Virus record (IMG/VR): IMGVR_UViG_3300039208_000165
Location: 2,356-66,355 of that record
From: a virus
Direction: 5' to 3' (one strand)
Length of the DNA stretch: 64,000 nucleotides
Part shown: one piece after another, positions 50,701 through 59,986 of the stretch
Layout: each line of letters starts with the position of its first letter
Position numbering within the stretch: the stretch's first letter is position 1
Notes under the pieces: generated by a model
What the model saw: the letters and a program-made list of their open reading frames with translations, nothing else
Databases searched by the model: none
Told to the model about the DNA's origin: nothing
Made by a program: the position numbers and the translations under genes

Positions 50701-52624
50701 AAGTGGCTCCGGGAGCAGTGGCTCCTCCCTGACCACTAGGGCCACCGTCTCCGAATGCAGCAACTCCATTTTCTGCCAAACGAATGCCGTCATTCAAAGC
50801 TTGGATATTAAATCCTTCATTTTGACGTTCAACGCAAAATCTAAGAGTAGGTGAAGGACTATAGCAAACCGTGTGCTGACCTTCCGTGTCCGCATTATAA
50901 ATTGCGGAAGTAGCAATACCTAGATTATACTCTAAGTTTACTCTGTCCTCTTCTCCCGTAACCCTTACCTTATCAATGTTTAGTCGTCGTCTAAGATCAA
51001 TATCGATCACGGCCCTGTTCTTAGTCTGGAAACCATGGGCATAGATGGGGAGACCGGCCTCACCAGCACCTGAGGGCTGAGGGGCCACGACGGTGCCTGT
51101 AACATCTCCAGCTATTTGGTAATAAAGAGCGTCGGGTTTAATTGAATTACCGGAGCCTGAATGGAGACCTACGTTATAAATCCCTAAGAGGTCCCCTCTT
51201 CTAACAAAAACATCTGCTGTGGAAACATCAGCGACGAAAACGTCCGGGGAGGGACTACCCACCAAACCCCCATTAGGATCATCTGTGAAATCCTTCTGCC
51301 CAATAACTCCCTCTTTAACGAGGGTGAGGGTTCCATCCAAGGAGGGTCTGAAAATCTTCCACTTACTACCCCCGTTTCTATCCGGGGACCCGTTCATAAA
51401 GATCCTATCTACCTTACCCTCATCACTGAAGGGATGATTAAGATCTATAAAGGTAGAGGCAGAAAGTCCTGGGGTTTCCTGACTAAACTTCTGTCCCTGC
51501 AGGCCCGTATCTCTACCCTCGAAAATGACCTCTGTCTTTAAGCGCTGATGTACTGTATCAAAGTTGATATTACCGGACTGGACAATGGCCTGCTGGGGAT
51601 CTAAGGCAAATGCTGCCAACGAATCGTCGTTATCAAACATTGCTAAGATTTCTAGAGTAGTAGGCCTATAAGCAGACAAGGGCTCGTAACCCACTGCCGG
51701 ATCTGTACCTGCCCCTGATATACCTATAAAGAATCCTACGTCATCTAGCAACCCGAGATCACGGCCTGCAGAATTTGGACCGTCTTTTACAGTAACGCTG
51801 GAATCACTAGCCCTGGTACCAGATTCTATTCTAATCTTCTGGTCGTCTGTGAGGTAAGCTTCGGCCCTAGAGTACCCTCCCACAGCCACCTTACCCAACT
51901 GCAGGGAGATATCCCTAGCCAGCATGAATCCTGTAACTTCCTGGGGAGTCAATGTGATCTGAACGTCCCCGTAACCATCAATATCCACAATCAGCTTATC
52001 ATTAACATCCTTCTCAATCAACACTGAGCCTAGGATAGGGCTCCCAGCTTCTGCAAAACCTGCGGTTCCTGCATCAGCTGCGTCAAAAGAGAAATCAAAA
52101 GCACTGGTACCGATCTCAAAAAATCCCAAGAAGAATTCGTCATTAACAAATCCGTCTTCGCAAGGAAAGAAGCGAACCCTGTTGATCTCACCTACCCAGT
52201 TAGGATTCTCTCCCATGTTGATTTCATATAGGTGCCATCTTCCGTCCGCGATAACCTCAAAAGTCTGGGTCTTTGGCTCATCGAAAAGAGGGTCCGCGGT
52301 AGTGGTCCAAGTAATCTTACCCCACGTAGTAGGCTCTATGCTATTGGGATGTTTGTCGTATTTCATCCGAAAGAAAATTCTATCATTAACCAAAGCGTCC
52401 ACAGCGGGAAAGTCATTAGAAGGACCAATGAAAGAGTTAGACTGGGTCCTCTTAGTAGAGAACAAAAATCCGCCCCAAGCCCCAACGATGTCCATGTTTA
52501 CGAACGTAGTCCAATCTTTCAAGTCCATGTTGGTATCCCAGACTACCTGATACTGAATCACATCAGGTTGTTTGGGGGCAACAGAATGCCGGACTCTAGC
52601 TTCGGATAGAATTGAATATACCAT
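44720..52624 (-). CDS. Giant multidomain virion protein (2634 aa) with galactose-binding-like, CBM-like, F5/8-like and LamG domains
   Basis: N-terminal IFFRMK...W.T...F...DGRWHLYEINM...W.G.I.RVRFFP; NLSVNGGFATGDLTGW; F5/8-like segments; C-terminal GTIEFWFQPDW...MHIAVVWD...VYING LamG domain. Confidence 0.7.
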   Translation of the reverse strand: MVYSILSEARVRHSVAPKQPDVIQYQVVWDTNMDLKDWTTFVNMDIVGAWGGFLFSTKRTQSNSFIGPSNDFPAVDALVNDRIFFRMKYDKHPNSIEPTTWGKITWTTTADPLFDEPKTQTFEVIADGRWHLYEINMGENPNWVGEINRVRFFPCEDGFVNDEFFLGFFEIGTSAFDFSFDAADAGTAGFAEAGSPILGSVLIEKDVNDKLIVDIDGYGDVQITLTPQEVTGFMLARDISLQLGKVAVGGYSRAEAYLTDDQKIRIESGTRASDSSVTVKDGPNSAGRDLGLLDDVGFFIGISGAGTDPAVGYEPLSAYRPTTLEILAMFDNDDSLAAFALDPQQAIVQSGNINFDTVHQRLKTEVIFEGRDTGLQGQKFSQETPGLSASTFIDLNHPFSDEGKVDRIFMNGSPDRNGGSKWKIFRPSLDGTLTLVKEGVIGQKDFTDDPNGGLVGSPSPDVFVADVSTADVFVRRGDLLGIYNVGLHSGSGNSIKPDALYYQIAGDVTGTVVAPQPSGAGEAGLPIYAHGFQTKNRAVIDIDLRRRLNIDKVRVTGEEDRVNLEYNLGIATSAIYNADTEGQHTVCYSPSPTLRFCVERQNEGFNIQALNDGIRLAENGVAAFGDGGPSGQGGATAPGATYFYVNGDSEFFNVYEFVNQAPESYDFQRDGVGLECFFSNQTPRLDKPVGKVIMYFKDKKNQRSWGLEYLVGQGGKGGNGTKPGFSFIPEDTIQYVKIDEQRFEALPPFSTLKPSASAELLLANPTRFDTIAADGTVNPQKGVDYVDSVEELGGVNYRDQVSFIEAQWNIFEWGFDAIRTPAIRWYSDYHWSTKISEMEVYGVSESDESLADNIQVFFSSDGELFASGDIINANEKEAEFKVGNSPQYMRFIVRPTLQTAINDIKVDFEEDQVCFGEEGRIQGSTFLKEARVGATTGGTTFSGIREPTPIKFSNSMGQTADLIVDIPEDIETAKQLLYFNQLNSAEDIQAPQIGAPGRVDFVDDKILEEETSVMMNAKAYGLISLVSGTDSFRSPNLSVNGGFATGDLTGWELDVINSGTQSYQIPRVDDFSGSTTASIQGGSYSFGTNMDDTDPITQSQFPRQTFRLSQNTDISAYADSVDQGAARADWNFRYIDYHTGNTGTFRLMGSPTLSGIEEPPGHIVDPEYGSNILASIRGQESSSHTTIIQFGGDTIIKRGTRYLRLDIYVDATGAVNSNPDRLIWHMDAYTLYINAPAVTLAKWYKSYFTGVKDYTDAAYEPVDPSLYTTITGSDHWYQPARQNATTAPIAGQSQGFSQGVSQNRNQGVQAFSRMTTTNPGILGVQWEGERQIGGIRVAHHQNTNSSCVFTQNYPRLWDIEVLKTEAELGQPPDANMNDHWKVVRRVTARMRDNTPSQLQTYFANYGGAHSKQYTFVFPDGPVPTEGVRIVYTQNCDFFERSQYPGGFSGWLQMQQVADCPGNQFFITDFASSRGIYSSMFTPLESVGRNTLPVDNTVDRELTPGVAECGGTGGTVYVAVDLGRHFDVETNSDLFELISQTLTQTPWTTTPNLWSADDTDDPNQVDWTGGSQFARWIRFTSTGEEEYEKEQVSNSGGNLNAQSPYRINNLPQAILLQARVYPRLQTSHIPVEGPNHFWEDLGPVLTDNKNTTFINYSDYPVVCFDLNRPYKLKQTSAATVLRRDLISPGPVPATDDKLYWNENNDDSYAYPVNAAKGANNPENVEYSDWGGSLPTTGIRWVAIRGVENLLQSDGSNTPRQWNFGTQGGTLFGVTFAPEENEVFTENSNWFVTRQAGLVDISTFDTSQGNLFSLEEGVDYGASHNSSDRGTLGDPYNVWDGIFDPIDNQDYWSVFERDSVSGFVLSGNDFPHYVWRVFKDPYRGDILTQEVKAITILGFDDNYYPTDFQIQTLTEGADPNLNTSWTTIDQSTFVGVDSYQEGIGYTHIWPVAIETTGIRVYITNSVYPPDDSNTLDELNQASQNTDRLGFETRLVSVTIFSEESREAVLEGTIDTNHAWGSTATSLTSVPERGPEFLVDNNLRTYFQSTGFEDEVTIKFPSGPKPISRFEWEMDEDYAKQVGPGLVTNCPATFKLKANSLLSGYETVISETEFSGISYSGTINPPVTADEWIMEIESVQGQDENANSIIMHELRLIEEQEQSEPLVVMSDVFDRRPGSPNQRSTQITYAKNSNAVANVVLDGIDANNDEFFSERDFFSFWVWINDISLLDTSFGTIRIGNNRETSYTWEISTLNLTSGWNELRLQFRNAADRAEIPFQSGPNYSLDTGLSKVDFITPDAVITTSVDGNYSRNIVEGPGIRYFELEFRGVDVDRELVLYLDDMRFIRNRFDDVCRFTPSLYLNNSETFTIYTDGLDISTGTIEFWFQPDWDTTARVDKSRDIVPSIFKILRPDGKYMTFFYRPSVGFITIVNDRKRLYRFQTRLRHYSVNRYEPMHIAVVWDTLGRIGATGSTLQVYINGETVYGTTLSWDAIREGGATLMFGGEVGQGIAATPHNETATTFTAVPTLPQDNTASSWASLENIKIYNYAKTNFDDRNDRELSRTQLLKPSEMLEISLDNTTWHGVGSDSLPLVVPGVESGQEGTVYVRSNIPKDITGDENRDASLLVRWKTPLVNCD

Positions 52625-52998
52625 TACTCTTTAGCCGTGTACGCCTCTCTAAGTCTCTTAGCTGTAGCCTCTCGATAAGTCTTCTTTGTGGGAACGATAA
52701 CCCGTCCCATCTCATCGTAATCAATAATGTCCAGTTTGTGAAAAATATCACGCATCTTCTCCGACTGCGAACTAAAGAATTCCCTAACAAGACGCTCGAT
52801 ATCCCTAAAGGTATATTTATGCTGAGTACCACAGGTATAGCAGGCATAAATAAGGTAATCCCATACGATGGTGGCAGGATTAATAAAGACGTCCTTCTCC
52901 GGGCGGCCTTCTTGATGATAGGCATTAATGGTAGCCCCATGGTCAATATCCATGCTGCGGCCACACTTCTCACACTTTACAAACTCTAAATAAGGCAT
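52624..52998 (-). CDS. Zinc-finger protein (124 aa)
   Basis: CEKC and CYTC pairs; TAATG-coupled on both sides. Confidence 0.7.
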   Translation of the reverse strand: MPYLEFVKCEKCGRSMDIDHGATINAYHQEGRPEKDVFINPATIVWDYLIYACYTCGTQHKYTFRDIERLVREFFSSQSEKMRDIFHKLDIIDYDEMGRVIVPTKKTYREATAKRLREAYTAKE

Positions 52999-55900
52999 TA
53001 TGTAAAAGCTCCTCCTGGGGTTTCGGGCGGTTCAATAATTACTAACTGTCCAGTCTCAGCATCTCTGCGGAAACCAGAAGCATTAAGAACTTCTACCGGA
53101 ATAGGATCTCCATTAGAATCTAGAAGATCACTAGTCTCCAGATGAGTAACATCTGGATTGTTAGAAATAGACGGAGCGGCTGCAGCAATTCCTGCGTAAG
53201 AATTACCGTTAGAGAAATCATCCCAGAAACCAGCCACTTCCACTTCTGCTAAATCATCATGCAGGTGTAGGTACTTGTACGCAATAACTTGGGTAAATCC
53301 ACAACCCTCACAGCACGGGGTATAGCCCTCAGCGCCCAACTCATGGGCCCAGGCATGTCCCGGCGCAGCCCAGGTAGACCTGACGGGAACACTACCATAA
53401 AGTAGGGTATCGCTTCCATCAGTAGAGACCTTGTCGATATCACTGATGGTAGTGGAACAAATAGTCCCCCAACTAGGAGCCGAGGCCCCCAAGAAGTTCA
53501 TCCAGTTTTGTTCATCGAGTGGGAAGAAACTAGAGAAAGTGAAGGTATAGGGGGACTGCATCAAACGTCTTGCCTTATCATACTCCTCGGCCTGGAGCTG
53601 CTCCAGCTCCCCAACCTCTCCCTGAATGGTCGGCTGACCACCACCCTGACCAACACCAGACTCCTGATTCTCACGGACGCCCCAAGCGTAGGCCCTAAAA
53701 CGATGCCCTCCCTGATCGGCTCCTGTGCTGGTAGATCTCCAATAGGCGGAACAACTATCCATACCTGTTAGATTTTCGTCTGGATTCTTTCCTCCTGCCG
53801 GGGTGAATTTAGAAGTGTAATATCTTCTTTCGGGAATAAAGATCTGCTCCGCTAGAGTGGCTGTCATCGCGTCCACCTGAGTCTCAATAGAATGAATACC
53901 CATAGAGTACTGGCTATTCCTTCCAACAAAGATCAAATGGAACTCCTGGAAGAACTGGTCCCAGAAAGGGGCGTCGGCATAGGATGGGAAGATGGTAACC
54001 GGAAACAGAACCTGTCCCAGCTGAATATTTTGGTTGGTATACCTGTTATCCGGATCAGGAACCTCGATGTCTACCGCAGTGGTGTTCGAGCTACCCAACA
54101 GAATACCCTGACGTTCTGTGACGAAATCGCCGGTGCGCTGGCTTGGAGGAATGCCCACCAGATAGACCGTAGGTACTTCCATCCCTTTACCCGCAAGGAA
54201 ATTAATAACCACATTCTTAACAGAGGCGTAGGTGTCAAAAGTAAAATCTAAAGTAATACGCTCGTCCTGCCCCTGCGAAAGACCGTTCTGTACAGGAGTC
54301 CCTCCTAGAAGCTTCGGATCTCCTGGGGCCAGGGCCCCTGGCACCGGGATAGAGTTCTGAGAAGCCTCAAGGCTAGAAGGAAAATACGCCGTAACCAGAG
54401 TCTTAGCTATGGTGCGTTGACTATCAGCCGGTCGAGCCAGAAGAACCCCCTGCTTCTCTCTATAGTTCTGGGCAGTATTCTCCTGACCATTAACAGCGTC
54501 ATCTCTACCCGTAGTAGAGGAAGTGCCATGAGGAACACGGCTCCAAGTGTAGTTCGTAACCAACGAGTTAGAGTACGCAGGGTCGAAACCTGTGTCTACC
54601 GGAAGAACCGTAGAATCCAATCTAAACCAAATCTGCTCAATGAAATAGTTGCAGATGCAGCAGGGGTCCGTAATGTCCTCACGAGGAATATCTGTAGGAA
54701 AAGCAGGCTCCATGGTCTCACGAGCGTAAAGGGTAACGTAATCCGAGGGGGCCAGCTGGTCCCCGTGAATAAATATAGCGGGCAACTGACCCGGCTGAAC
54801 ATCGGGCAAATCCGCCACGTTACCCTCACAGCTGCATTCGTTAGCCAGCTGGCGGTTACTGGAAGGCTGGACGGTGCAATCCAGCGGAGAGTCTCCTAAA
54901 ATCTTAGAGGTATCATAGACCGTGTCCGGCATAAGAGCCGGACCAAATCTCCGATTAACGAAATCGATAGTGATGTCTCTCTCAGGACCATCACCTAGCT
55001 TCACTTTAGCAGGGGTGGTCATGGCCCCCTGCTGGTCATACTCCGGGGCTGTATAGTTTATTACATACTGACCTTCAGCAGGCCGGAGCCTAACCTCTAA
55101 ACGCCTATTATCAATGAAGTAGTCGGGTAGAAGAAACTGCATCCCCACGATCGGGGAGGTTCCACCCTGACCCCGCCTAACAGGGGTGTCCGATTCTCTC
55201 CAAGCCCAAGCCGTGGTTATTGTTCCCTTAGGTACAGCATCGCCAACTGCGACGCCCTGGTCCTGAGGCTCAAGTCCTAAGAATGAATCAGGCAAGAAGT
55301 TGGGATAGTAGGGGGCGTATGGATATTCAATACCACCCCCGCCTCTATTAGTCAGCAAAGACTTATGGGTATATCTAGAACTCTCTGCTGTAGGAGCCGC
55401 CTCTCCAATACCTCCCAGAGGACAAGTTGCTCCAATTAAGTGGGTGTGGATAGGCTCCAGCTCCTCGCTGAAGGCACCCGCAGTAGCTTTAAGATCTTCC
55501 CGTTCCGGGAACATAGGCATCCACCTAAAAGCCACCGACTCCGCCTTAGGGGTATAGTCTCCAATCTTCTCAGAGATCTCTGCCATAAGTACGGGTCTTC
55601 CGAAATTACCGAAAGGAGGCGGGGACCACTGAGCAGCTTCGTACCAGAACTGATCAATCTCGCCTCTCTTACGAGCGTAGCCTGCAAACTGACCGCCGCC
55701 CTGGGCTACAACATTTCCGTAAGTATAACTTGTGGTACAGGGCCTAATGTTGGAATGCACGTCCAAAATCTTAGCCTGTACCTGATCATAAGTATGGTGG
55801 GTCTCCAGCTTAGGATCCTGCAGCCCGCCCTGAACCCCAGGACCTGGCTGGAAAGTACCAGCTCCGAACTGACCGCTCTCGACGCCCGCTCCTTGGGTGG

Positions 55901-58900
55901 TCTCATTGATTAGCTCAGTGGAATTATTTCCGGAGACCCCACCAGCCTTCGTATTGTACCGAGGCTTCTCGCAAACGTCGTAAGGATACCATAAGGTTCC
56001 TCGCTTCTTTTGCCATTGGGTTCCGGGAGGCTCGGAGGAGATAATCTCACCAGTAACCGCCTGACCCGCGCTAGGATAAACCGCCTTCTGAATAACTACC
56101 GCATCCTCGCCCTCGCCTTCGGAAATATTAACAATGGTTTCAAATTCTTCGCGCAAGGGTCCAAGTCTAAGGATCTCGTGATCGCCGCAATTGGGGGTGT
56201 AAGAACACTTACGAGGACCTAACTGCCCAGCTACCAGGTGACCTAACGTGAGATCGTCTGGGTTAATTGTGCCCTTAGGTGCAATACTAACCGTACCATT
56301 ATCACCGCCCGTGGCTAAGAAAAGATCAGGAAATAAACCGTAGGTAGTACAATCACTACGCCAAGCATAGAATATCTCCACACTAACGCAAGCGATGTTT
56401 GAGTAGACCACCATAAAGCGAACATTTTTCTTACCAATAGGCCTGTTTTCAGAATCTTTAAATACAAAAACATAGTCTTGCTGATCAAACCCAATGGCGT
56501 CTGGACTATCACCTCCAGCTACTAGGCCCCCTTCTGCAAATGTAACGGAATGCGTATGGTCTCGGGTAGTATCCCCGTAGAAGTTATCGTTGACTACCTC
56601 ACCGTTACTCTCAGGGGAAGTCTGAGAATCAGCAGTATCTCTCTTATGGGTCTGAGCACGAAGATAAGTGAACTGAACCGTTATAGAATCCCGATCGGGG
56701 TCAGGACGTCCAAAGAGATTCTCTACTCCAGTACCGGGCCCAAAGATGGCATAGTTTGCAGGTAATCCAATCCCTTCCTCATTTCTGTACAGAAGAACTA
56801 GATCCTTAGACTCACCCCCAATACGGAGAGTGGCCTTCTCAGGAGCCCACTGAGCAACAACACTACCGGTAGCTCCGTTATTAACCAAGACGGGGGATAA
56901 GGCCTTGTACTCTCCCTGCTGATTAGGAAGAGGTAAGACTCTGTTGGCGTCGGTATCAGGAATCTCTACCATTATAGTTCCGCAATTATCTAACAGATAC
57001 CAATTATTAATATTCACAGTCTTACGATATTGCACTACACGGTAAGAGACTGAAGTAATAAAAGCCGAAGCGTCCGATTCCGTTACAAAAGAAGTATCGT
57101 CACCGCTAGTAGAACTACCAGACTGCAAGTCAGAACCTGCGTTAAGGTTACTGAAACGCAAAGAGCGGTCTTTAAATCTCCAGGCATAGTAGCCGTAGTC
57201 CAAGGAAACCGCTTCGGAACCTAGAATTTGCTGAGTAGATGCGGTAATTTGTCCCTTCTTCTTTAGGTCCCCAATAGCGATGCCTAGGGTGCTCTTACCT
57301 CCCCTGTCATTAATAGTAAAATCGGTCCCTTCAAAAGTATCCTGCTTTACAACAGAGTGAAGAACACGACAGTCCACCTTAACCGAATCGAAGATAAAGG
57401 TAAGAGCATCAGTAAGAATGAAAACAAAGATGTCGTTTACAGCATTGTGTACTAGATCCACCTCGACTCTGGATTCCCAAAAACCGGACTGATTTGAGGT
57501 AGTACTATCAAAACCGAGCACGGCCGGAGATTGGTTAGATACCTTCTCTCGGGCAAGATTCTCAAATATAGCTTGCAGTTCAAGGGAAAGAATACCAGCG
57601 AAGTTAGAGTTGGCTCCAGGCAGAGACTCTGGAATCTCGAACATGTTCTGGCTGTCGAAGAACTGATGGTATCTTTGCCTGTTTTGCAGAGCTGTGTTGT
57701 TTACAATATAAATCTGCTGGCTGGGGGTAGCAGAACCAAACAAAGAGATTCTATTAGTAAACTCTGGTGTCCAAGATCTATAGATGAATGGAGTATCAGA
57801 CCTAGGAGGATGATTAATACTCAGCCTTACGGCTTCAGGTACATTTACGGACCTAATGGTTGTGGCATAAGGAGTGGAAGTCTGGGTATCCAGATCTTCC
57901 TGACCTGGAAGAATACGACTAGTAGTCTTAGAAATTGCAAGCTCTGAAAAGTTACCAATACCAACTTTATCCACACGCATAGTCTCGTATGCTGCAGGCA
58001 GAGTGTCAGGATTATCGTCCGGGGCATTAGGGTTGTTCTTCTCACGAGCCAGCATGACCGCAGGCCTATAAAGGAGCATATCCGCCGGATCAGGGGTACC
58101 GCCTACGTTAATAAAATCCTTGTATGCCCAAATAAAAGGAGCGGTGAATCTGTTATTAAACTCCTCTTCCGGGTTACTGTACCTGGCCCAATCGTCGGAA
58201 TAGTATCGAATTTCCTGAATAGCCTCAGCTGTAATCTTCTGGCCCATCTCCATCTTTTCCGTCGTAGCATACTTCCACTCAGGTCCTGTATAGAAAGGGC
58301 AGTCAGAACGCATACCATTACAAGGAAGCGAGCCATCAGAAGGGGAGTTCCACTGGGCTGCGGAATTCTCCTCAGTCAAAGCAAGTTCACACTTAGTAGA
58401 GCCGCCCTGACCTGCAAACTCTAGGGACTGCGCCAAAACATTCAAACGGCGGGACGCTAAAGCCGCGGTGTCCGACGCGGGCTGGCCTCCCGCATTAGTA
58501 TTAGCGATGTCTACCTGAGCGGCCAACTCTCGAAGACTAGTAGCACAGGCCTTTGAAGCAGTAGCAATATCTTCAGTGGTTTCTGCAGCGGTAATCGCCT
58601 GGGCAGAGGTGTTAGCCGCATTAGCTAAAGGCTGGGCCGCCTGCTCGGCCGCAACAATTGCGTTGTATGCGGCCAAGGACTCCTCATAGGAAGCCCGGGC
58701 TGCGTCCTTACGCTCCTCAGGAGCGCTAGTGACAAGAACAGAGTTCAAGAAATCGGCAGCGCTATTGGTTAGCTGCCCCCGCTGCTGCTTACAATAGGCA
58801 ATGGCATCCAAAGCAGCTTGAGTTTCTCTCGGTACGGCCGGGGCCAAACTTTTAGCTTGGGAATTTACAGTGGTTGAATTCTCTTGGGATCTAAAAACAA

Positions 58901-59609
58901 CGCCCTCTCCGGGCTTAACCAGGCCTGTTCGGGGCTCCAAATAAAAAGAAGGCGCATCCCTCCATCCCGCAACGACCGCTAGGCCTACAGGGAAGAAGGA
59001 ACCGCCTTCTGGGTTTGTATCAGTACCGCGATCCTGAGGGAAAGCATCGTTCTTAACACGAATACCCTTAAGAACCTGAACCCCACCGTTAGCACCGGTT
59101 ACTTGGATTTCATCTGGACCATCAATGATGGTGGTAATTACGAACTCACTAGGCTTACCATCACCCCCACTCCAACGACAGCACTTGGCAATCTCTGCCT
59201 GGATGTTACGCAGAATGATGTGGAAGGGCATCTGAGAATGGTACACAGTCTGAACAGCGGCACCGCCAGCCTGGAGCTGAGGAGAAACCAAATCATTATC
59301 GGTCAATCCCTTGTTAAACTCGCGGAAAAACTCTAGCGGTGGGGAATGACTGATCCCCATACGCATGCCTGCTCCGTACTTGTACTTGGTACAAGGAAGG
59401 CATTTACCTTCACCGTTACACTGACCGTCGTCGAAACAACTAATATCTGCTCGTGCGAAGTAATGGTTTGCAATACAACGCCCTAGATTAGCCTGGCTTT
59501 CCAGTTCGGCAAAATCTTCATTAATATCAGTTACTGCTTCTTTACTCCAGTAAGCGCAAGTAGGTACCTGGCTTCCATCATAACTTGTACCGGATAAGAA
59601 CTTAACCAC
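52998..59609 (-). CDS. Giant Cys-rich virion protein (2203 aa), possible baseplate/tail-tip component
   Basis: GTG start after GGAGG. About 30 Cys in clusters, an Ala-rich coiled-coil segment near residues 250-400, and placement among structural genes. Confidence 0.65.
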   Translation of the reverse strand: MVKFLSGTSYDGSQVPTCAYWSKEAVTDINEDFAELESQANLGRCIANHYFARADISCFDDGQCNGEGKCLPCTKYKYGAGMRMGISHSPPLEFFREFNKGLTDNDLVSPQLQAGGAAVQTVYHSQMPFHIILRNIQAEIAKCCRWSGGDGKPSEFVITTIIDGPDEIQVTGANGGVQVLKGIRVKNDAFPQDRGTDTNPEGGSFFPVGLAVVAGWRDAPSFYLEPRTGLVKPGEGVVFRSQENSTTVNSQAKSLAPAVPRETQAALDAIAYCKQQRGQLTNSAADFLNSVLVTSAPEERKDAARASYEESLAAYNAIVAAEQAAQPLANAANTSAQAITAAETTEDIATASKACATSLRELAAQVDIANTNAGGQPASDTAALASRRLNVLAQSLEFAGQGGSTKCELALTEENSAAQWNSPSDGSLPCNGMRSDCPFYTGPEWKYATTEKMEMGQKITAEAIQEIRYYSDDWARYSNPEEEFNNRFTAPFIWAYKDFINVGGTPDPADMLLYRPAVMLAREKNNPNAPDDNPDTLPAAYETMRVDKVGIGNFSELAISKTTSRILPGQEDLDTQTSTPYATTIRSVNVPEAVRLSINHPPRSDTPFIYRSWTPEFTNRISLFGSATPSQQIYIVNNTALQNRQRYHQFFDSQNMFEIPESLPGANSNFAGILSLELQAIFENLAREKVSNQSPAVLGFDSTTSNQSGFWESRVEVDLVHNAVNDIFVFILTDALTFIFDSVKVDCRVLHSVVKQDTFEGTDFTINDRGGKSTLGIAIGDLKKKGQITASTQQILGSEAVSLDYGYYAWRFKDRSLRFSNLNAGSDLQSGSSTSGDDTSFVTESDASAFITSVSYRVVQYRKTVNINNWYLLDNCGTIMVEIPDTDANRVLPLPNQQGEYKALSPVLVNNGATGSVVAQWAPEKATLRIGGESKDLVLLYRNEEGIGLPANYAIFGPGTGVENLFGRPDPDRDSITVQFTYLRAQTHKRDTADSQTSPESNGEVVNDNFYGDTTRDHTHSVTFAEGGLVAGGDSPDAIGFDQQDYVFVFKDSENRPIGKKNVRFMVVYSNIACVSVEIFYAWRSDCTTYGLFPDLFLATGGDNGTVSIAPKGTINPDDLTLGHLVAGQLGPRKCSYTPNCGDHEILRLGPLREEFETIVNISEGEGEDAVVIQKAVYPSAGQAVTGEIISSEPPGTQWQKKRGTLWYPYDVCEKPRYNTKAGGVSGNNSTELINETTQGAGVESGQFGAGTFQPGPGVQGGLQDPKLETHHTYDQVQAKILDVHSNIRPCTTSYTYGNVVAQGGGQFAGYARKRGEIDQFWYEAAQWSPPPFGNFGRPVLMAEISEKIGDYTPKAESVAFRWMPMFPEREDLKATAGAFSEELEPIHTHLIGATCPLGGIGEAAPTAESSRYTHKSLLTNRGGGGIEYPYAPYYPNFLPDSFLGLEPQDQGVAVGDAVPKGTITTAWAWRESDTPVRRGQGGTSPIVGMQFLLPDYFIDNRRLEVRLRPAEGQYVINYTAPEYDQQGAMTTPAKVKLGDGPERDITIDFVNRRFGPALMPDTVYDTSKILGDSPLDCTVQPSSNRQLANECSCEGNVADLPDVQPGQLPAIFIHGDQLAPSDYVTLYARETMEPAFPTDIPREDITDPCCICNYFIEQIWFRLDSTVLPVDTGFDPAYSNSLVTNYTWSRVPHGTSSTTGRDDAVNGQENTAQNYREKQGVLLARPADSQRTIAKTLVTAYFPSSLEASQNSIPVPGALAPGDPKLLGGTPVQNGLSQGQDERITLDFTFDTYASVKNVVINFLAGKGMEVPTVYLVGIPPSQRTGDFVTERQGILLGSSNTTAVDIEVPDPDNRYTNQNIQLGQVLFPVTIFPSYADAPFWDQFFQEFHLIFVGRNSQYSMGIHSIETQVDAMTATLAEQIFIPERRYYTSKFTPAGGKNPDENLTGMDSCSAYWRSTSTGADQGGHRFRAYAWGVRENQESGVGQGGGQPTIQGEVGELEQLQAEEYDKARRLMQSPYTFTFSSFFPLDEQNWMNFLGASAPSWGTICSTTISDIDKVSTDGSDTLLYGSVPVRSTWAAPGHAWAHELGAEGYTPCCEGCGFTQVIAYKYLHLHDDLAEVEVAGFWDDFSNGNSYAGIAAAAPSISNNPDVTHLETSDLLDSNGDPIPVEVLNASGFRRDAETGQLVIIEPPETPGGAFT

Positions 59610-59630
59610 CTGTTACCTTTTCCTCCCCTC

Positions 59631-59978
59631 TTACTCGAATGGTTCTATATCATAGCGCATCTGGCCCGTGGCTTCTTCCACTCGGATGATTACTTTACAC
59701 TTCTCCTCCATATCATAGTATCCAATAGTCCGGGAGTCAATCCCTTGAGAGGTTCCTCCCGTGTTCACATCAATGTATCCTCTTTTCTTTGGTACGGTGT
59801 AATGCTCTTTGTCTGTAAAGTCCCAGAAGCGATCTTCCCACTTAAGAATCATCCTACGGATATTCTTTTTGTCGGGGACTTTATTCCAAGCCATGTCATC
59901 CTCACAGATGACGGTACCATCTCTAAACTGAGCAATCCAGCCTCTTGGCATGTTAATGTCTCTATCACCAACTCTCAT
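59631..59978 (-). CDS. Hypothetical protein (115 aa)
   Basis: GGAG SD; fills the gap between two structural genes. Confidence 0.7.
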   Translation of the reverse strand: MRVGDRDINMPRGWIAQFRDGTVICEDDMAWNKVPDKKNIRRMILKWEDRFWDFTDKEHYTVPKKRGYIDVNTGGTSQGIDSRTIGYYDMEEKCKVIIRVEEATGQMRYDIEPFE

Positions 59979-59986
59979 GATACTCC

